Positions 49,462 through 59,119 of a stretch of 64,000 bases of DNA are shown here, one piece after another. The notes under the pieces are model-generated. The model made no database searches and was not told the DNA's origin. It saw only the letters and a list, made by a program, of their open reading frames with translations. Made by a program: the position numbers and the translations under genes. The stretch comes from an uncultured Chloroflexia bacterium (GTDB taxonomy: Bacteria; Chloroflexota; Limnocylindria; Limnocylindrales; CSP1-4): NCBI GenBank assembly GCA_963768655.1, contig CAVYIM010000003.1, positions 800,001 through 864,000 of the forward strand, given 5' to 3'. Every line of letters begins with the position of its first letter. The stretch's first letter is position 1.

Positions 49462-50424
49462 ATGAACGCCGGCCCGATCGTCGAAACGAACGGCCTGCGC
49501 CGGATCTTCAAGGGCAAGGGCGGGGACGTCGAAGCGGTCTCGGGCGTGGACCTGCGTGTCGAAGCCGGCGACATCTTCGGGTTCCTCGGGCCCAACGGCG
49601 CCGGCAAGACCACGACTCTCCGAATCCTGGCGACGCTTCTGCCGCCGACTTCCGGAAAGGCCTGTGTGGCCGGCTTCGACGTCGCCCGCCAGCCCAACCA
49701 GGTCCGCGAGCGGATCGGCTACGTGGCCCAGTCCGGCGGCTCCTACCGCGAGGCGACCGGTCGCGAGGAGCTGGTCATCCAGGGACGGCTATTCGGCATG
49801 AGCAAGGCCGACGCCGGCCGCCGCGCCATGGAGATCCTCGAGGCGCTCGATCTGACCGACGCCGCCGACAGGACCTGCAGGACGTACTCGGGCGGGATGC
49901 GGCGCCGCCTCAACATCGGCATCGGTATGGTCCATCAACCGGCGATTCTGTTCCTCGACGAGCCGACGACCGGTCTCGATCCGCAGGCGCGGGCCCGTCT
50001 GTGGGACGAGATCCGCAAGCTGCGCCAGACTGGCACGTCGGTCTTCCTGACGACGCATTACCTCGAGGAGGCGGACGCGCTGTGCGACTGCCTGGCGATC
50101 ATCGACCACGGCCGCATCGTCGCCGAAGGCTCGCCGAGTGAGCTCAAGCGCGAGATCGCCGGCGACGTGCTGACCATCGGCGTGAACGGCAACGGCGACC
50201 GGGTCGTCGAGCTCATGGCCGCCCAGCCGTTCGTCCGTGAAGCCGGCCTGGAAGACGGTCACGTGAGGCTCTATGTCGATCGCGGCGAGGAGGCCGTTCC
50301 CCATGTGCTGCGGCTGCTCGACAGCCATGGCCTGGCGCCTTCGACCATGAACCTCCACCGGCCCAGCCTCGACGACGTCTTCCTCAAGAAGACCGGCCGA
50401 TCGCTGCGCGAGAGCGCGGCTTAG
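49462..50424 (+). CDS. DrrA-like ABC exporter ATP-binding protein
   Basis: GPNGAGKTT, YSGGMRRRL, LFLDEPTTGLD, TTHY. Confidence 0.93.
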   Translation: MNAGPIVETNGLRRIFKGKGGDVEAVSGVDLRVEAGDIFGFLGPNGAGKTTTLRILATLLPPTSGKACVAGFDVARQPNQVRERIGYVAQSGGSYREATGREELVIQGRLFGMSKADAGRRAMEILEALDLTDAADRTCRTYSGGMRRRLNIGIGMVHQPAILFLDEPTTGLDPQARARLWDEIRKLRQTGTSVFLTTHYLEEADALCDCLAIIDHGRIVAEGSPSELKREIAGDVLTIGVNGNGDRVVELMAAQPFVREAGLEDGHVRLYVDRGEEAVPHVLRLLDSHGLAPSTMNLHRPSLDDVFLKKTGRSLRESAA

Positions 50425-50442
50425 CGGCCCGGGAGAACCACC

Positions 50443-51204
50443 ATGCGCGTATTCCGAGACACCTGGCTCATCTTCGAGCGGTCGCTCGCCTTGAGCCTGC
50501 GCAATCCCGTTTGGGTGATCATGGGGATCATGCAGCCCATCCTGTATTTGCTCCTGTTCGGGCCGCTATTGACGAACATCGCCAAGATGCCCGGCTTCCC
50601 GCCAGGAGGCGCGTTCAACGTCTTCGTGCCCGGGCTCCTGGTGATGACCGCTCTCTTCGGCTCGGCTTACGTGGGCTTCGGCCTGTGCGACGAGATGCGT
50701 GAAGGAGTGGTGGAGCGGATGATGGTCACGCCCATGAGCCGCGTGGCGATGCTGGTAGGCCGGTCCCTGAGAGACGTCGTCCTGCTGCTCGGCCAGGGGC
50801 TGATCCTGGTTGTGCTGGCGATCCCATTCGGGCTCGAGATCAACTTCGGCGGCGTGGCGGTCGCGTTTGCGATGCTGGCGCTGATCGGAATCATGATGAC
50901 GCCTCTGTCCTACACGCTGGCGCTGGTCCTCAAGAGCGAGGACGCGCTCGCCCCCGTGGTCAACGGCCTGGCGGTTCCGCTGCTGCTCCTGTCGGGCGTG
51001 ATGTTGCCGATGTCACTCGCGCCGGATTGGCTCCAGACCGTGGCCAGGTTCAACCCGCTCTACCACGCCGTGGCCGCAATTCGAGCTCTGTTCAACGCCA
51101 GCTACGGCGACAGCGAGATCGTGGTAGGGCTGGTCGTGCTGGTGGTACTCGCGGTCATGACGATCGCCCTCGGCTCTCGCTCCTTCAGCCGCGCGGCGAC
51201 ATAG
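50443..51204 (+). CDS. ABC-2 type permease
   Basis: Six TM segments; QPILYLLLFGP, NPLYH. Confidence 0.9.
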   Translation: MRVFRDTWLIFERSLALSLRNPVWVIMGIMQPILYLLLFGPLLTNIAKMPGFPPGGAFNVFVPGLLVMTALFGSAYVGFGLCDEMREGVVERMMVTPMSRVAMLVGRSLRDVVLLLGQGLILVVLAIPFGLEINFGGVAVAFAMLALIGIMMTPLSYTLALVLKSEDALAPVVNGLAVPLLLLSGVMLPMSLAPDWLQTVARFNPLYHAVAAIRALFNASYGDSEIVVGLVVLVVLAVMTIALGSRSFSRAAT

Positions 51205-51219
51205 CCAGGCCACACGAAA

Positions 51220-51251
51220 GCTCGCCGTCGCGGAAGGCCGCGGCGGCGAGC
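51220..51251. terminator. Hairpin between convergent genes
   Basis: GCTCGCCGTCGCGG-AAGG-CCGCGGCGGCGAGC. Confidence 0.6.
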
Positions 51252-51300
51252 CGTGCGTTCGGTGCGAATTGCAGTTGGATGCCCGAAACGGCAAGCGATC

Positions 51301-51939
51301 TCAGCTGAGCGAGAACGGCGGGTACGGGATCGGGAGCAAGAGTAAGTAGGCGAGAACGCGGGCCGCGTACCGGAGGAAGCCTGCATAGAAGGACGCGAAC
51401 GCGTTCGGATACTTGCCCATCAGGAGGATCGGGATCCACAGAACGATAAAGCTGACGTATACGACGATGCCGAGGATCGCGAGCACGATCAGGTGCGGGA
51501 TCAGGACGATGTAGCGGACGAAGATCCCGAAGAAGGGGATGCCCCAGAGGCGGCTCAGCGAGCGGCCTTCGACGTCGATCTTGACGTCGACTGGGCTCGG
51601 AGCGCCCGGCTCGAGCGGCGGGTAACCGCCCGGGAGCAGCATGTAAACGTAGCCGGCGACTCGCATCGATCGGTGTATGAGCTCGGTCAGGAACTTGACG
51701 ACCAGCGATGGCTGGCGTCCCAGCAGCAGGATCGGAATCCAGCCCAGCAGAACCCATATGTAGAGGACGATGCCCATGATCGCGAGCACGATCAGGTGCG
51801 GGATCGCCATGATCATTCGCACGAACACCCCGACGAACGGGATACCCCAGAGGCGGTTGATCTCGCGTTCGTCGGTGACCGTGAGCTGAACCGGGTATCC
51901 GCCGCCCATCGGGGCGGCAGGTGCCTGAGCGAAGGCCAT
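51301..51939 (-). CDS. DUF4389-family membrane protein (internal duplication)
   Basis: Two RLWGIPF...IPHLIVLAI...YPP repeats. Confidence 0.8.
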   Translation of the reverse strand: MAFAQAPAAPMGGGYPVQLTVTDEREINRLWGIPFVGVFVRMIMAIPHLIVLAIMGIVLYIWVLLGWIPILLLGRQPSLVVKFLTELIHRSMRVAGYVYMLLPGGYPPLEPGAPSPVDVKIDVEGRSLSRLWGIPFFGIFVRYIVLIPHLIVLAILGIVVYVSFIVLWIPILLMGKYPNAFASFYAGFLRYAARVLAYLLLLPIPYPPFSLS

Positions 51940-52051
51940 AGCGGGTACCTCCTAGAGTAGGTGGACGCGCTTCAGCATAGCCCCTCGCACTCCTCTCTCG
52001 TGTGGGTAAGATGGCCCACAGCGGGAAACAGGAACACAGAGGAAGCGCGAA

Positions 52052-52967
52052 ATGGCGGCTCCCACTGGTCGAGCGACGAAGGCCTCCGAAGCGGAGGGGA
52101 CGGCCGGCGCCACAGCGGGCGGCGACCCGTCACGGGCGGCGCTACCGCGCCCGGCGCGGACGGGACGCCGCTGCAGCTGCGTCATTGGCCGCCCGTCGGC
52201 GCGCCGTGGGCCACTGTCCTGCTGGTCCACGGCATCGGCGAGCACAGCGGCCGGTACGAGCGAACAGGGCGGCTGCTGGCCGAGGCGGGCCTCGACGTCC
52301 ATGCCTTCGACATCCGCGGCCATGGGCTCTCTGGCGGCCGGCGTGTCTACGTCCGGCGGTGGGACGACTACCTCGACGATCTGGCGGTCCGGATGGCGGC
52401 CGTGCGCCAGCCCGGCAGGCCGCTCGTCCTGTTCGGGCATTCGATGGGCGCGCTCATAGCCCTGACCTATGTCTGCTCCGACCGCCCCGCGCCGGACCTC
52501 CTCGTGCTGAGTGCCCCGCCACTGGAGGCCAGCGTCCCGGGCTGGCAGCGCGCCCTGGCTCCCGTGCATCAGCCGCGTGGCCCCGACCTTCGCGCTGGCC
52601 AACCCGATCTCGGGCGAGCAGCTTTCCCGCGACCCCGCCGTGGGCACGGCCTACTTCGCCGATCCGCTGGTCCAGCCCCGTTCCACGGCCCGTCTGGGCG
52701 CCGAGCTGTTCAAGGCCATGAAGCGGGGCCGTGAGGCAGCTCGCCCGCCTCCACGTCCCGACTCTCGTGATCCACGGCGGCGACGACTCGCTCGTTCCGA
52801 CCCACGTCAGCGAGCCGCTGGCCGCCGTCCCCGGCGTGGAGCGGCGCGTCCTGCCGGGGCTGCGGCACGAGACGCTCAACGAGCCCGAAGGACCGCAGGT
52901 GGTCGCCACAATCGTCGAGTGGCTCCGGGCCCATGCCCCCGCCGCCGTGCCAGGAGCCAGGCCATGA
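52052..52967 (+). CDS. Alpha/beta hydrolase (lysophospholipase-like); several frameshifts, start uncertain
   Basis: VHGIGEHSGRY, DIRGHG.S, GHSMG, IHGGDD, LRHE. Confidence 0.85.
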
Positions 52968-54199
52968 GCGTCGAGATTCGCGCCTGCCCGCCCGGATCGC
53001 TTCGCCGAATTGCTCAAGACCGCCGAGGTCGCCTTCAGCGAGGATGTCCCCGACGATCTGATCGAGCGTGTCCGGAAGGTCTCCGATCCGGCGCGGTTCG
53101 TGTGCGCCCTGGACCGCGACCGCATCGTCGCCACGGGCGGCGTCTTCGGCGTCAACCTCAGCGTTCCGGGCGGCGACCTGCCGGCCGGCGGCGTGACGTG
53201 GGTGACGGTCCTGCCGTCCCACCGCCGCCGCGGAATCATGAGCGGGATGATGCGGCTGATGGTCGACGACTGCCACGCCCGCAACGAGCCGCTGGCCATT
53301 CTGTGGGCGTCTCGAGGGCGCCATATACCAGCGCTTCGGCTACGGGATGGCGACCCTGTGCGTGAACCTGGAGGCCGAAACCGCTTCCGCGCAATACGCC
53401 CGCGACTGGCCGGTCGAGGGCTCGTGCCGGTTGCTGCGACCGGGCGAGGGGCTGGACATGATCGCGCCTGTCTACGAAGCGGTACGGGCGCAACGAGCCG
53501 GGTTTCTCTCGCGCACGCCCGACTGGTGGGTTGGCCAGCTGCCGCGGCCGGAGAAGGACGACAAGGGCGGCGAAGCCCGGCGGCTGGTCGATCTACGAGA
53601 CCGCCGAAGGCGTCGAGGCCTACGCCGTGTACAAGACCAAGGCCGAGTGGGACGTTCGGGGCGCCCACTGCACCATTACCGTGGAGGAGGCTCTCGGGTC
53701 GACGCCGCGCGGAACGCGGGCGATCTGGCGGTACCTGCTCGACGTGGATCTGATGCGCACGCTCAAGACGTGGCGCCTGCCCCCGGACCACCCCATCCTG
53801 CTGCTCACCGCCGAGCCCCGCCGCCTCGGGCTGACAGTGGGCGATGGGTTGTGGCTGCGGATCGTAGACGTGAAGGCCGCCCTGGAAGGCCGAACGTACG
53901 GCCCGGACCCGCACGCCGGCGGCCGGATCGTTCTCGACCTGAGTGACGAGTACTGCCCCTGGAATGCGGGTCGATGGATGCTCGAGGTGTCCGAAGGCCG
54001 GGCCGGCGTAGCTACGACCAGGGCGCCGGCCGACCTGGCGCTGGACGCGAACGATCTGGGCTCGCTATATCTCGGGGGTTTCAGCGCCACCTCGCTGGCG
54101 CACTCCGGACGAGTGGTGGAGCTACGCCCCGGAGGATTGGCCGCGGCCGATGCGCTCTTCCACACGGCGTTGCAGCCGTGGTGTCCGCAGGAATTCTGA
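52964..54199 (+). CDS. Eis-like GNAT acetyltransferase with SCP2 C-terminus; three apparent frameshifts
   Basis: VTVLPSHRRRG, LWAS, YQRFGYG, LWLRIVDV.AALE.R.Y, LGSLYLGG. Confidence 0.85.
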
Positions 54200-54219
54200 C
54201 CCGGCGGCGAGGCCGAGCG

Positions 54220-54399
54220 TCAGCGCTCGAAGCGGACCGGCTGGTGATTGCCCGAGGGTGCGCATACGTCGCAGAGCGTCAAGCCGTCTTCGATGAGAGC
54301 GGCCCGGCGGCGACCCTGGCCGGCCACGAGGGCCACCGGGTGTTTGCATACTGAGCAGCGGGCTTGCTTCGCGTCCATGCGATCGCCTTGATCCGTCAT
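54220..54399 (-). CDS. Small CxxC...CxxC (Zn-finger-like) protein
   Basis: RCSVCKHP...LCDVCAP. Confidence 0.55.
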   Translation of the reverse strand: MTDQGDRMDAKQARCSVCKHPVALVAGQGRRRAALIEDGLTLCDVCAPSGNHQPVRFER

Positions 54400-54793
54400 C
54401 CCTGGATCGGCCTCGTATGAGATTAGGCGACATGGTGTTGCCTGTGGCGATCGAGGCCGATGATGGGGAGCTCGCAACCGCTCCTACGTCGGAAGTCGGT
54501 CGGCTCTTCCGAGCCGACCATCCGGCGTCTGCACCAATCTGGAGGGTGACGATCCTCCACCGCCGACCCGATCCGAACGGACTCGCCTCGGCTACGCTGC
54601 AGCGCCTAGCCCACCCACCGCAGCTGCTGCATTTCGTATGCCTACGGCAGATTCCGTACTCGTGCAGTCTACGCGTTCGATTCTGTGCAGGTGCGGTGGA
54701 ATCGCCGAAAGGTCGATTGGCCCGGCAGGCAATTCCAACATTCCACGCCTCGATCCGCCTATCCCGTCAGGTGGGCCAAGCCGGGACGCGTTG

Positions 54794-54819
54794 GGAACCG
54801 GAGGATGCGTCGGGGCGTC
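54794..54819 (+). promoter_or_regulatory. ECF-type promoter GGAAC-N17-CGTC
   Basis: Same motif and spacing as at 31321. Confidence 0.55.
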
Positions 54820-54872
54820 CTGCGGGCGTTGACATCGCCGCCCAACCCTACTTCGGCCATTGGAGTACGTAA

Positions 54873-55562
54873 ATGAAACTCCGTCTGCCCCCCAAGCCCC
54901 GGCGCTCGCTCCTGGTAGGGCTCCTCTTCGTTTCCGCCGCGTCCCTGGCCGCCGGTTGGACGGCCGGCGCCGTCGCCGCTTCGAGCGGTCCACAGCCTTC
55001 GCCCACCGCGGGAGCCGCGGCCAGCGACGGCGCCATGAGCGGCGCCGGGCCGGTGGTGACAGGCGGCGGCCAGGTTTCGGCGGAGCCGGGATTGACTCAG
55101 GGCTCCAGTTCCTCGAGTGCGGTCTATCCGTACCAGGTCGGCTCGTCGCTGGGTGTCGCGCCCGAGAACACGATCCTCGCCGCGGGAACCGGCAGCGCCG
55201 ACATGAAGGCCGATGGCTCCGACAGGGCGACGGCCATGTCCAAGGCCACCGGCGCCGCCCTGGCCGACGCCAGAGCCCAGGCCCAGGCCGTGGCGACCGC
55301 GATGGGCGTGGCCATCACGACCACTTATTCGGTCAGCGTCTCGTCGTCGGACAGCTACGTCTACCCGACCGGCGACTGCCCGATCCGGATCCCCGTGCTC
55401 CCCGAACCCAGCGCGGCCGGCCCCGGTGACGGTGGCCAGGCCACCGTCACGAACACGCCCGCGCCCGCCGGTCTGCCCGACGTCTGCGTGCCGGGCAGCG
55501 TCTCGACCCCGACTTCCACGCAGCTGGTTGTGACGGTCGTCGTGGCCTATCGCTTCTCCTGA
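54873..55562 (+). CDS. Exported SIMPL (DUF541)-like protein
   Basis: Signal peptide; ALADARAQAQAVATAMGV; C-terminal VTVVVAYRF. Confidence 0.7.
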   Translation: MKLRLPPKPRRSLLVGLLFVSAASLAAGWTAGAVAASSGPQPSPTAGAAASDGAMSGAGPVVTGGGQVSAEPGLTQGSSSSSAVYPYQVGSSLGVAPENTILAAGTGSADMKADGSDRATAMSKATGAALADARAQAQAVATAMGVAITTTYSVSVSSSDSYVYPTGDCPIRIPVLPEPSAAGPGDGGQATVTNTPAPAGLPDVCVPGSVSTPTSTQLVVTVVVAYRFS

Positions 55563-55905
55563 TCGGGTGCCGGCCGTCGGCCCCGGCCACTCCCGGCTTG
55601 CCGCTCAGGCTTAAACTGTGGTCGTGTCATCGAGAGGCCGGCAGCGAAGCCGGTCCGGATCGGTAGGGTCGCAGCTCCCCGAGTGAGGCGGCCAGTGGGG
55701 CCGACTCCAACATGGATCTGGCGGCGCCACGGTGCACGGCCAAGCCACCGTCCCCGTCGCCTCCCAGGCGCCTTCCGGCGCGTCCGCGCCGGCATTCAAC
55801 GACCACCGCATCGGCCACTTCGAGGCCTGCGCGGCGCGCGGCCCGGATCGGGCCCTCGGTGCGTTCGAATGTGCCCGTCCGGCTCGCAGCCGGAGGGAGG
55901 CCGAG

Positions 55906-56295
55906 ATGGGAACCGTAGACGTACAGAGAGCCTTTCGATCGATGACGGTGCCTCCGCCGCGGCACGGTGAGTCGGGCGAGCTCGTGGCGCTGAAGATCGA
56001 AGAGCCGGAGCGCGTGGCCGTTGCGATCAAGGCGGGTCCCGAGTACGAGTGCCCGGACCTCGAGTGCCTGAGCGGCGACGAGTGCGAGGCGCAGGCCAAA
56101 GAAACGGCGATCCGGTTGCGGCCGATCCTCCGGGTCAGGCCACAGCCGCTGCCGCTGGTCCTCGAGTTGCTCGAGTGCGAGTTCGATCTGCGACACGGCT
56201 GCGCGGAGCGTCTCTTCTGGCTGGCCCACGAGCGAGGTTACCTGTCACTTCGCGAGGGCCGCGTGTACCTGGGCCACGTGACCGCGGGCGCGTAA
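55906..56295 (+). CDS. Hypothetical Cys/Glu-rich protein
   Basis: RBS GGAGG; YECPDLECLSGDEC; possible winged-helix C-terminus. Confidence 0.6.
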   Translation: MGTVDVQRAFRSMTVPPPRHGESGELVALKIEEPERVAVAIKAGPEYECPDLECLSGDECEAQAKETAIRLRPILRVRPQPLPLVLELLECEFDLRHGCAERLFWLAHERGYLSLREGRVYLGHVTAGA

Positions 56296-56364
56296 TCCGC
56301 CCGGCGGCCCGGCGCCCCGTGGCGCACGGCCGGGTGACCTGGGTCTGTCTGTCATCATTCGGGC

Positions 56365-57090
56365 GTGAGCCCAGACACGCCCTCGGCCCGAAGATCCGAC
56401 GCGCCGACCCTCGCCGATCTGCCCGAGCCGGCGGCTCTGCTGTTCGACCTGGACGGCACGCTCGTCGACACTGTCCAGCGGCGCATCGAAGCCTGGTGGG
56501 AGGCCCTGCGTCGCGGCGGGCTGACGGTGGATCGGAATCGCCTGGGGAGCTACATCGGGTCGGACGGCCGGTGGCTGGCCAGGGAGATTGCCCGGGAGCA
56601 GGGTCGCGAGCTCGACTATACCGAGACGGAGGAGTTCGATCGCGTTTCCGGCGCGATCTTCGATGAGCTGAACGCGGCGCCGGTGCCCTTGCCCGGCGCG
56701 ACCGAGCTGCTGACCGCGCTGGAGCAGAGCCGCCTGACCTTCGCCATCGCCACTTCGAGCCGGCCGGGTCAGGTGGCGGTTTCGGTCGACGCGCTGCGCC
56801 TGCCGGCGCCGCCGCCTATCACGGACGGCAGTCACGTGGCCAACGCCAAGCCCGAGCCCGACTTGCTGCTCGCGTCAGCGGCCCAGCTCGGGCTCCCGCC
56901 CGAGCGCTGCTGGTACGTCGGCGATTCGAAGTGGGACATGATGGCCAGCGTGCGCGCGAAGATGATCGCCGTCGGTGTCACGACCGGGGCGGTCGATGCC
57001 GATGAATTGATGGTCGCTGGCGCCGTGGTCGCGCTGGCAAGCCTGACGGAACTGCTCACCGAGCTGCGCAGGCGCGGAGCCGTGCCCTGA
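56365..57090 (+). CDS. HAD-family hydrolase
   Basis: FDLDGTLVD, ATSS, KPEPD, VGDS.WD. Confidence 0.92.
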   Translation: MSPDTPSARRSDAPTLADLPEPAALLFDLDGTLVDTVQRRIEAWWEALRRGGLTVDRNRLGSYIGSDGRWLAREIAREQGRELDYTETEEFDRVSGAIFDELNAAPVPLPGATELLTALEQSRLTFAIATSSRPGQVAVSVDALRLPAPPPITDGSHVANAKPEPDLLLASAAQLGLPPERCWYVGDSKWDMMASVRAKMIAVGVTTGAVDADELMVAGAVVALASLTELLTELRRRGAVP

Positions 57091-57243
57091 CGCCGGCTGA
57101 TCGCCCCCCGCGCCGGCCGGCACCGTCGCCAGCGAGTCGGAGGCGAGGTGGAGCGGGCACGCAGAATCGGCTCGTGCGCCGGAAGCGGCTCTTGCGCCGA
57201 AGAGGTCGTGGCCGAAGCCGCTCGACCTGCGCCAGGACCCCGG

Positions 57244-57558
57244 TCAGCCCTCGGCGGCGAGTCGCTCTATGTCGACCGCGCGAACGCGCCGCGTCTTGCC
57301 TGCCTCGGTTCGAACCATGTAGGCGGGGATCACCCCGACGACGACGGCCTGGACGACGGCGGTCTCGCCGGCGTACAGCCCGGCTCCACCGATCTTGACC
57401 CGATCGCCGACCGAGAGGTCGTCCCGCGTGTCGAGGGCCGCCAGGTTGATGCTGGCGACGGTCGTCCGTACGTAGTTCGGGTCGCTCGGCAGCCCCGTGG
57501 TCCGGGCAGGTTTCGTGGCCGTGCGGGCCACCGGATACGTGATCTTGCGTTTTCGCAC
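57244..57558 (-). CDS. Small basic KOW/SH3-like protein
   Basis: LSVGDRVKIGGAGLYAGETAVV; RBS GAGGAG; lies 29 bp after the helicase stop. Confidence 0.65.
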   Translation of the reverse strand: MRKRKITYPVARTATKPARTTGLPSDPNYVRTTVASINLAALDTRDDLSVGDRVKIGGAGLYAGETAVVQAVVVGVIPAYMVRTEAGKTRRVRAVDIERLAAEG

Positions 57559-57587
57559 TTGCTCAGCAGCTCCTCACAGTGGGGACT

Positions 57588-58850
57588 CTACCGCGCCGCG
57601 GCCGCGAACGTCTGATTGGGCCGCTGCGATCCATTCCGGCGCGACCGGGATGGCCCGCCCGCGCGCCCGCCGCCGAACCGCGCCACCGGTGTGGGCTCGC
57701 GGTTGGGATCGGGCAGGTACTCTTCGACGACTGCACACGGGATGGACTTGCGCAGCAGGCGCTGGACGCCCCGCAGTTCGTCCACCTCGTCGGGCGAGAC
57801 CAGGGAGATGGCCGTCCCGCTGGCGCCGGCGCGACCGGTTCGGCCGATGCGATGAATGTAGTCCTGCGGCTCGTACGGCAGCTCGAAGTTGACGACGTAG
57901 GGGAGATCCTCGATGTCGAGGCCTCGCGAAGCCACGTCCGTGGCCACGAGGACCTTGACGTAGCGACCCTTGAACGCCTCGAGTGCACGCGTCCGCTCGG
58001 CCTGGCTGCGGTCGCCGTGGATCGCGGAGCAGCTGACGCCGCGCCTGTCCAGGTACGCGGCCAGCCGGCTCGCCCCGATCTTGCTCCGGGTGAAGACCAG
58101 CACCTGCTCCATCGAGTCGCGCTGGATCAGGTGGATCAGAAGGTCCGCTTTGCGGCTCTGGTCGACCGGGTAGAGGACCTGGGTGAGATTGTCGGCCACG
58201 CTGTTGCGAGGCGCGACTTCGACCGTCTCCGGGTTGGTCTGGAACTCGCCGGCGAGCTTGCGCACGTCATCGGAGAAGGTTGCCGAGAAGAGCAGCGTCT
58301 GGCGCTTCGCCGGTATGTGTCCGACGATCTTGCGGACTTCGGGGATGAAGCCCATGTCGAGCATCCGGTCGGCTTCGTCCAGGACGAGGATCTCGACCTG
58401 GGAGAGGTTCACGGTGCGCTGCCCGACGTGGTCGAGCAGGCGGCCGGGCGTGGCGACGAGGATCTCGACGCCGTGCCAGAGGATCTTGATCTCCGGGTCG
58501 ATGCGCGTGCCGCCGTACACGACCGTGGAGCGGAGCGGAACGCTGCGGCCGTAGGTCTTGACGGCAGTGGCCACCTGAACGGCGAGCTCGCGGGTGGGTG
58601 TCAGGATCAGGACTCGGACCGGATGTCTTGCCGGCGAGAACCCCGTGTTGGAGTGGTGCCGGAGAAGCTCCAGGATCGGCAGGACGAAAGCGGCGGTCTT
58701 GCCGGTGCCGGTCTGCGCGGCGGCGAGAACGTCGCGGCCGGCGAGAATGAGGGGGATTGCGGCGCTCTGGACGGGCGTCGGCTCTGTGTAGCCCTCCCGC
58801 TCCACTGTGGCGAGAAGGTCGGCCGAAAGGCCGAGGTTGTCGAAAGTCAA
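57588..58850 (-). CDS. DEAD-box RNA helicase (RhlE-like)
   Basis: AQTGTGKT, PTRELA, TPGRL, DEAD, SAT, HRIGRTGR. TTG start with AGGAG. Confidence 0.95.
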   Translation of the reverse strand: MTFDNLGLSADLLATVEREGYTEPTPVQSAAIPLILAGRDVLAAAQTGTGKTAAFVLPILELLRHHSNTGFSPARHPVRVLILTPTRELAVQVATAVKTYGRSVPLRSTVVYGGTRIDPEIKILWHGVEILVATPGRLLDHVGQRTVNLSQVEILVLDEADRMLDMGFIPEVRKIVGHIPAKRQTLLFSATFSDDVRKLAGEFQTNPETVEVAPRNSVADNLTQVLYPVDQSRKADLLIHLIQRDSMEQVLVFTRSKIGASRLAAYLDRRGVSCSAIHGDRSQAERTRALEAFKGRYVKVLVATDVASRGLDIEDLPYVVNFELPYEPQDYIHRIGRTGRAGASGTAISLVSPDEVDELRGVQRLLRKSIPCAVVEEYLPDPNREPTPVARFGGGRAGGPSRSRRNGSQRPNQTFAAAAR

Positions 58851-59119
58851 ACGATTTCTCCTGATTGCGTCAGCTGACGCGGGTCCGGTCGGGCCTGGCG
58901 AGACGAATTGGGTCCCGCACCGACGGCGCGATCGGCGATTGGGGGCCGGCACCCTTGTGGCGTGCCGGAGGCAGACGCTGCCGCAGCGTGTCCGAAAATA
59001 GCGATTACATTGGTCATCGTACCACCGGAGCGGGCGAACCCGGCCAGGCCGATCTGACGAGCCCGCGCGGGTCGAGTCCTCCGCACGGCGCGGCACTCCG
59101 GGGTGCCCCGCCGAACGGT

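Noticed and set aside
3930-53600. Many split genes suggesting programmed frameshifting or mass pseudogenisation (near 3935, 8150, 15670, 17915, 20265, 21385, 23370, 33476, 52570, 52730, 53005, 53315, 53590)
   Set aside because: These are small indels, several at short homopolymers (for example GTTTGAG and CCGAAAT in the VOC gene), in genes with intact motifs. Long-read consensus error is the simplest explanation; read-level checks are needed.
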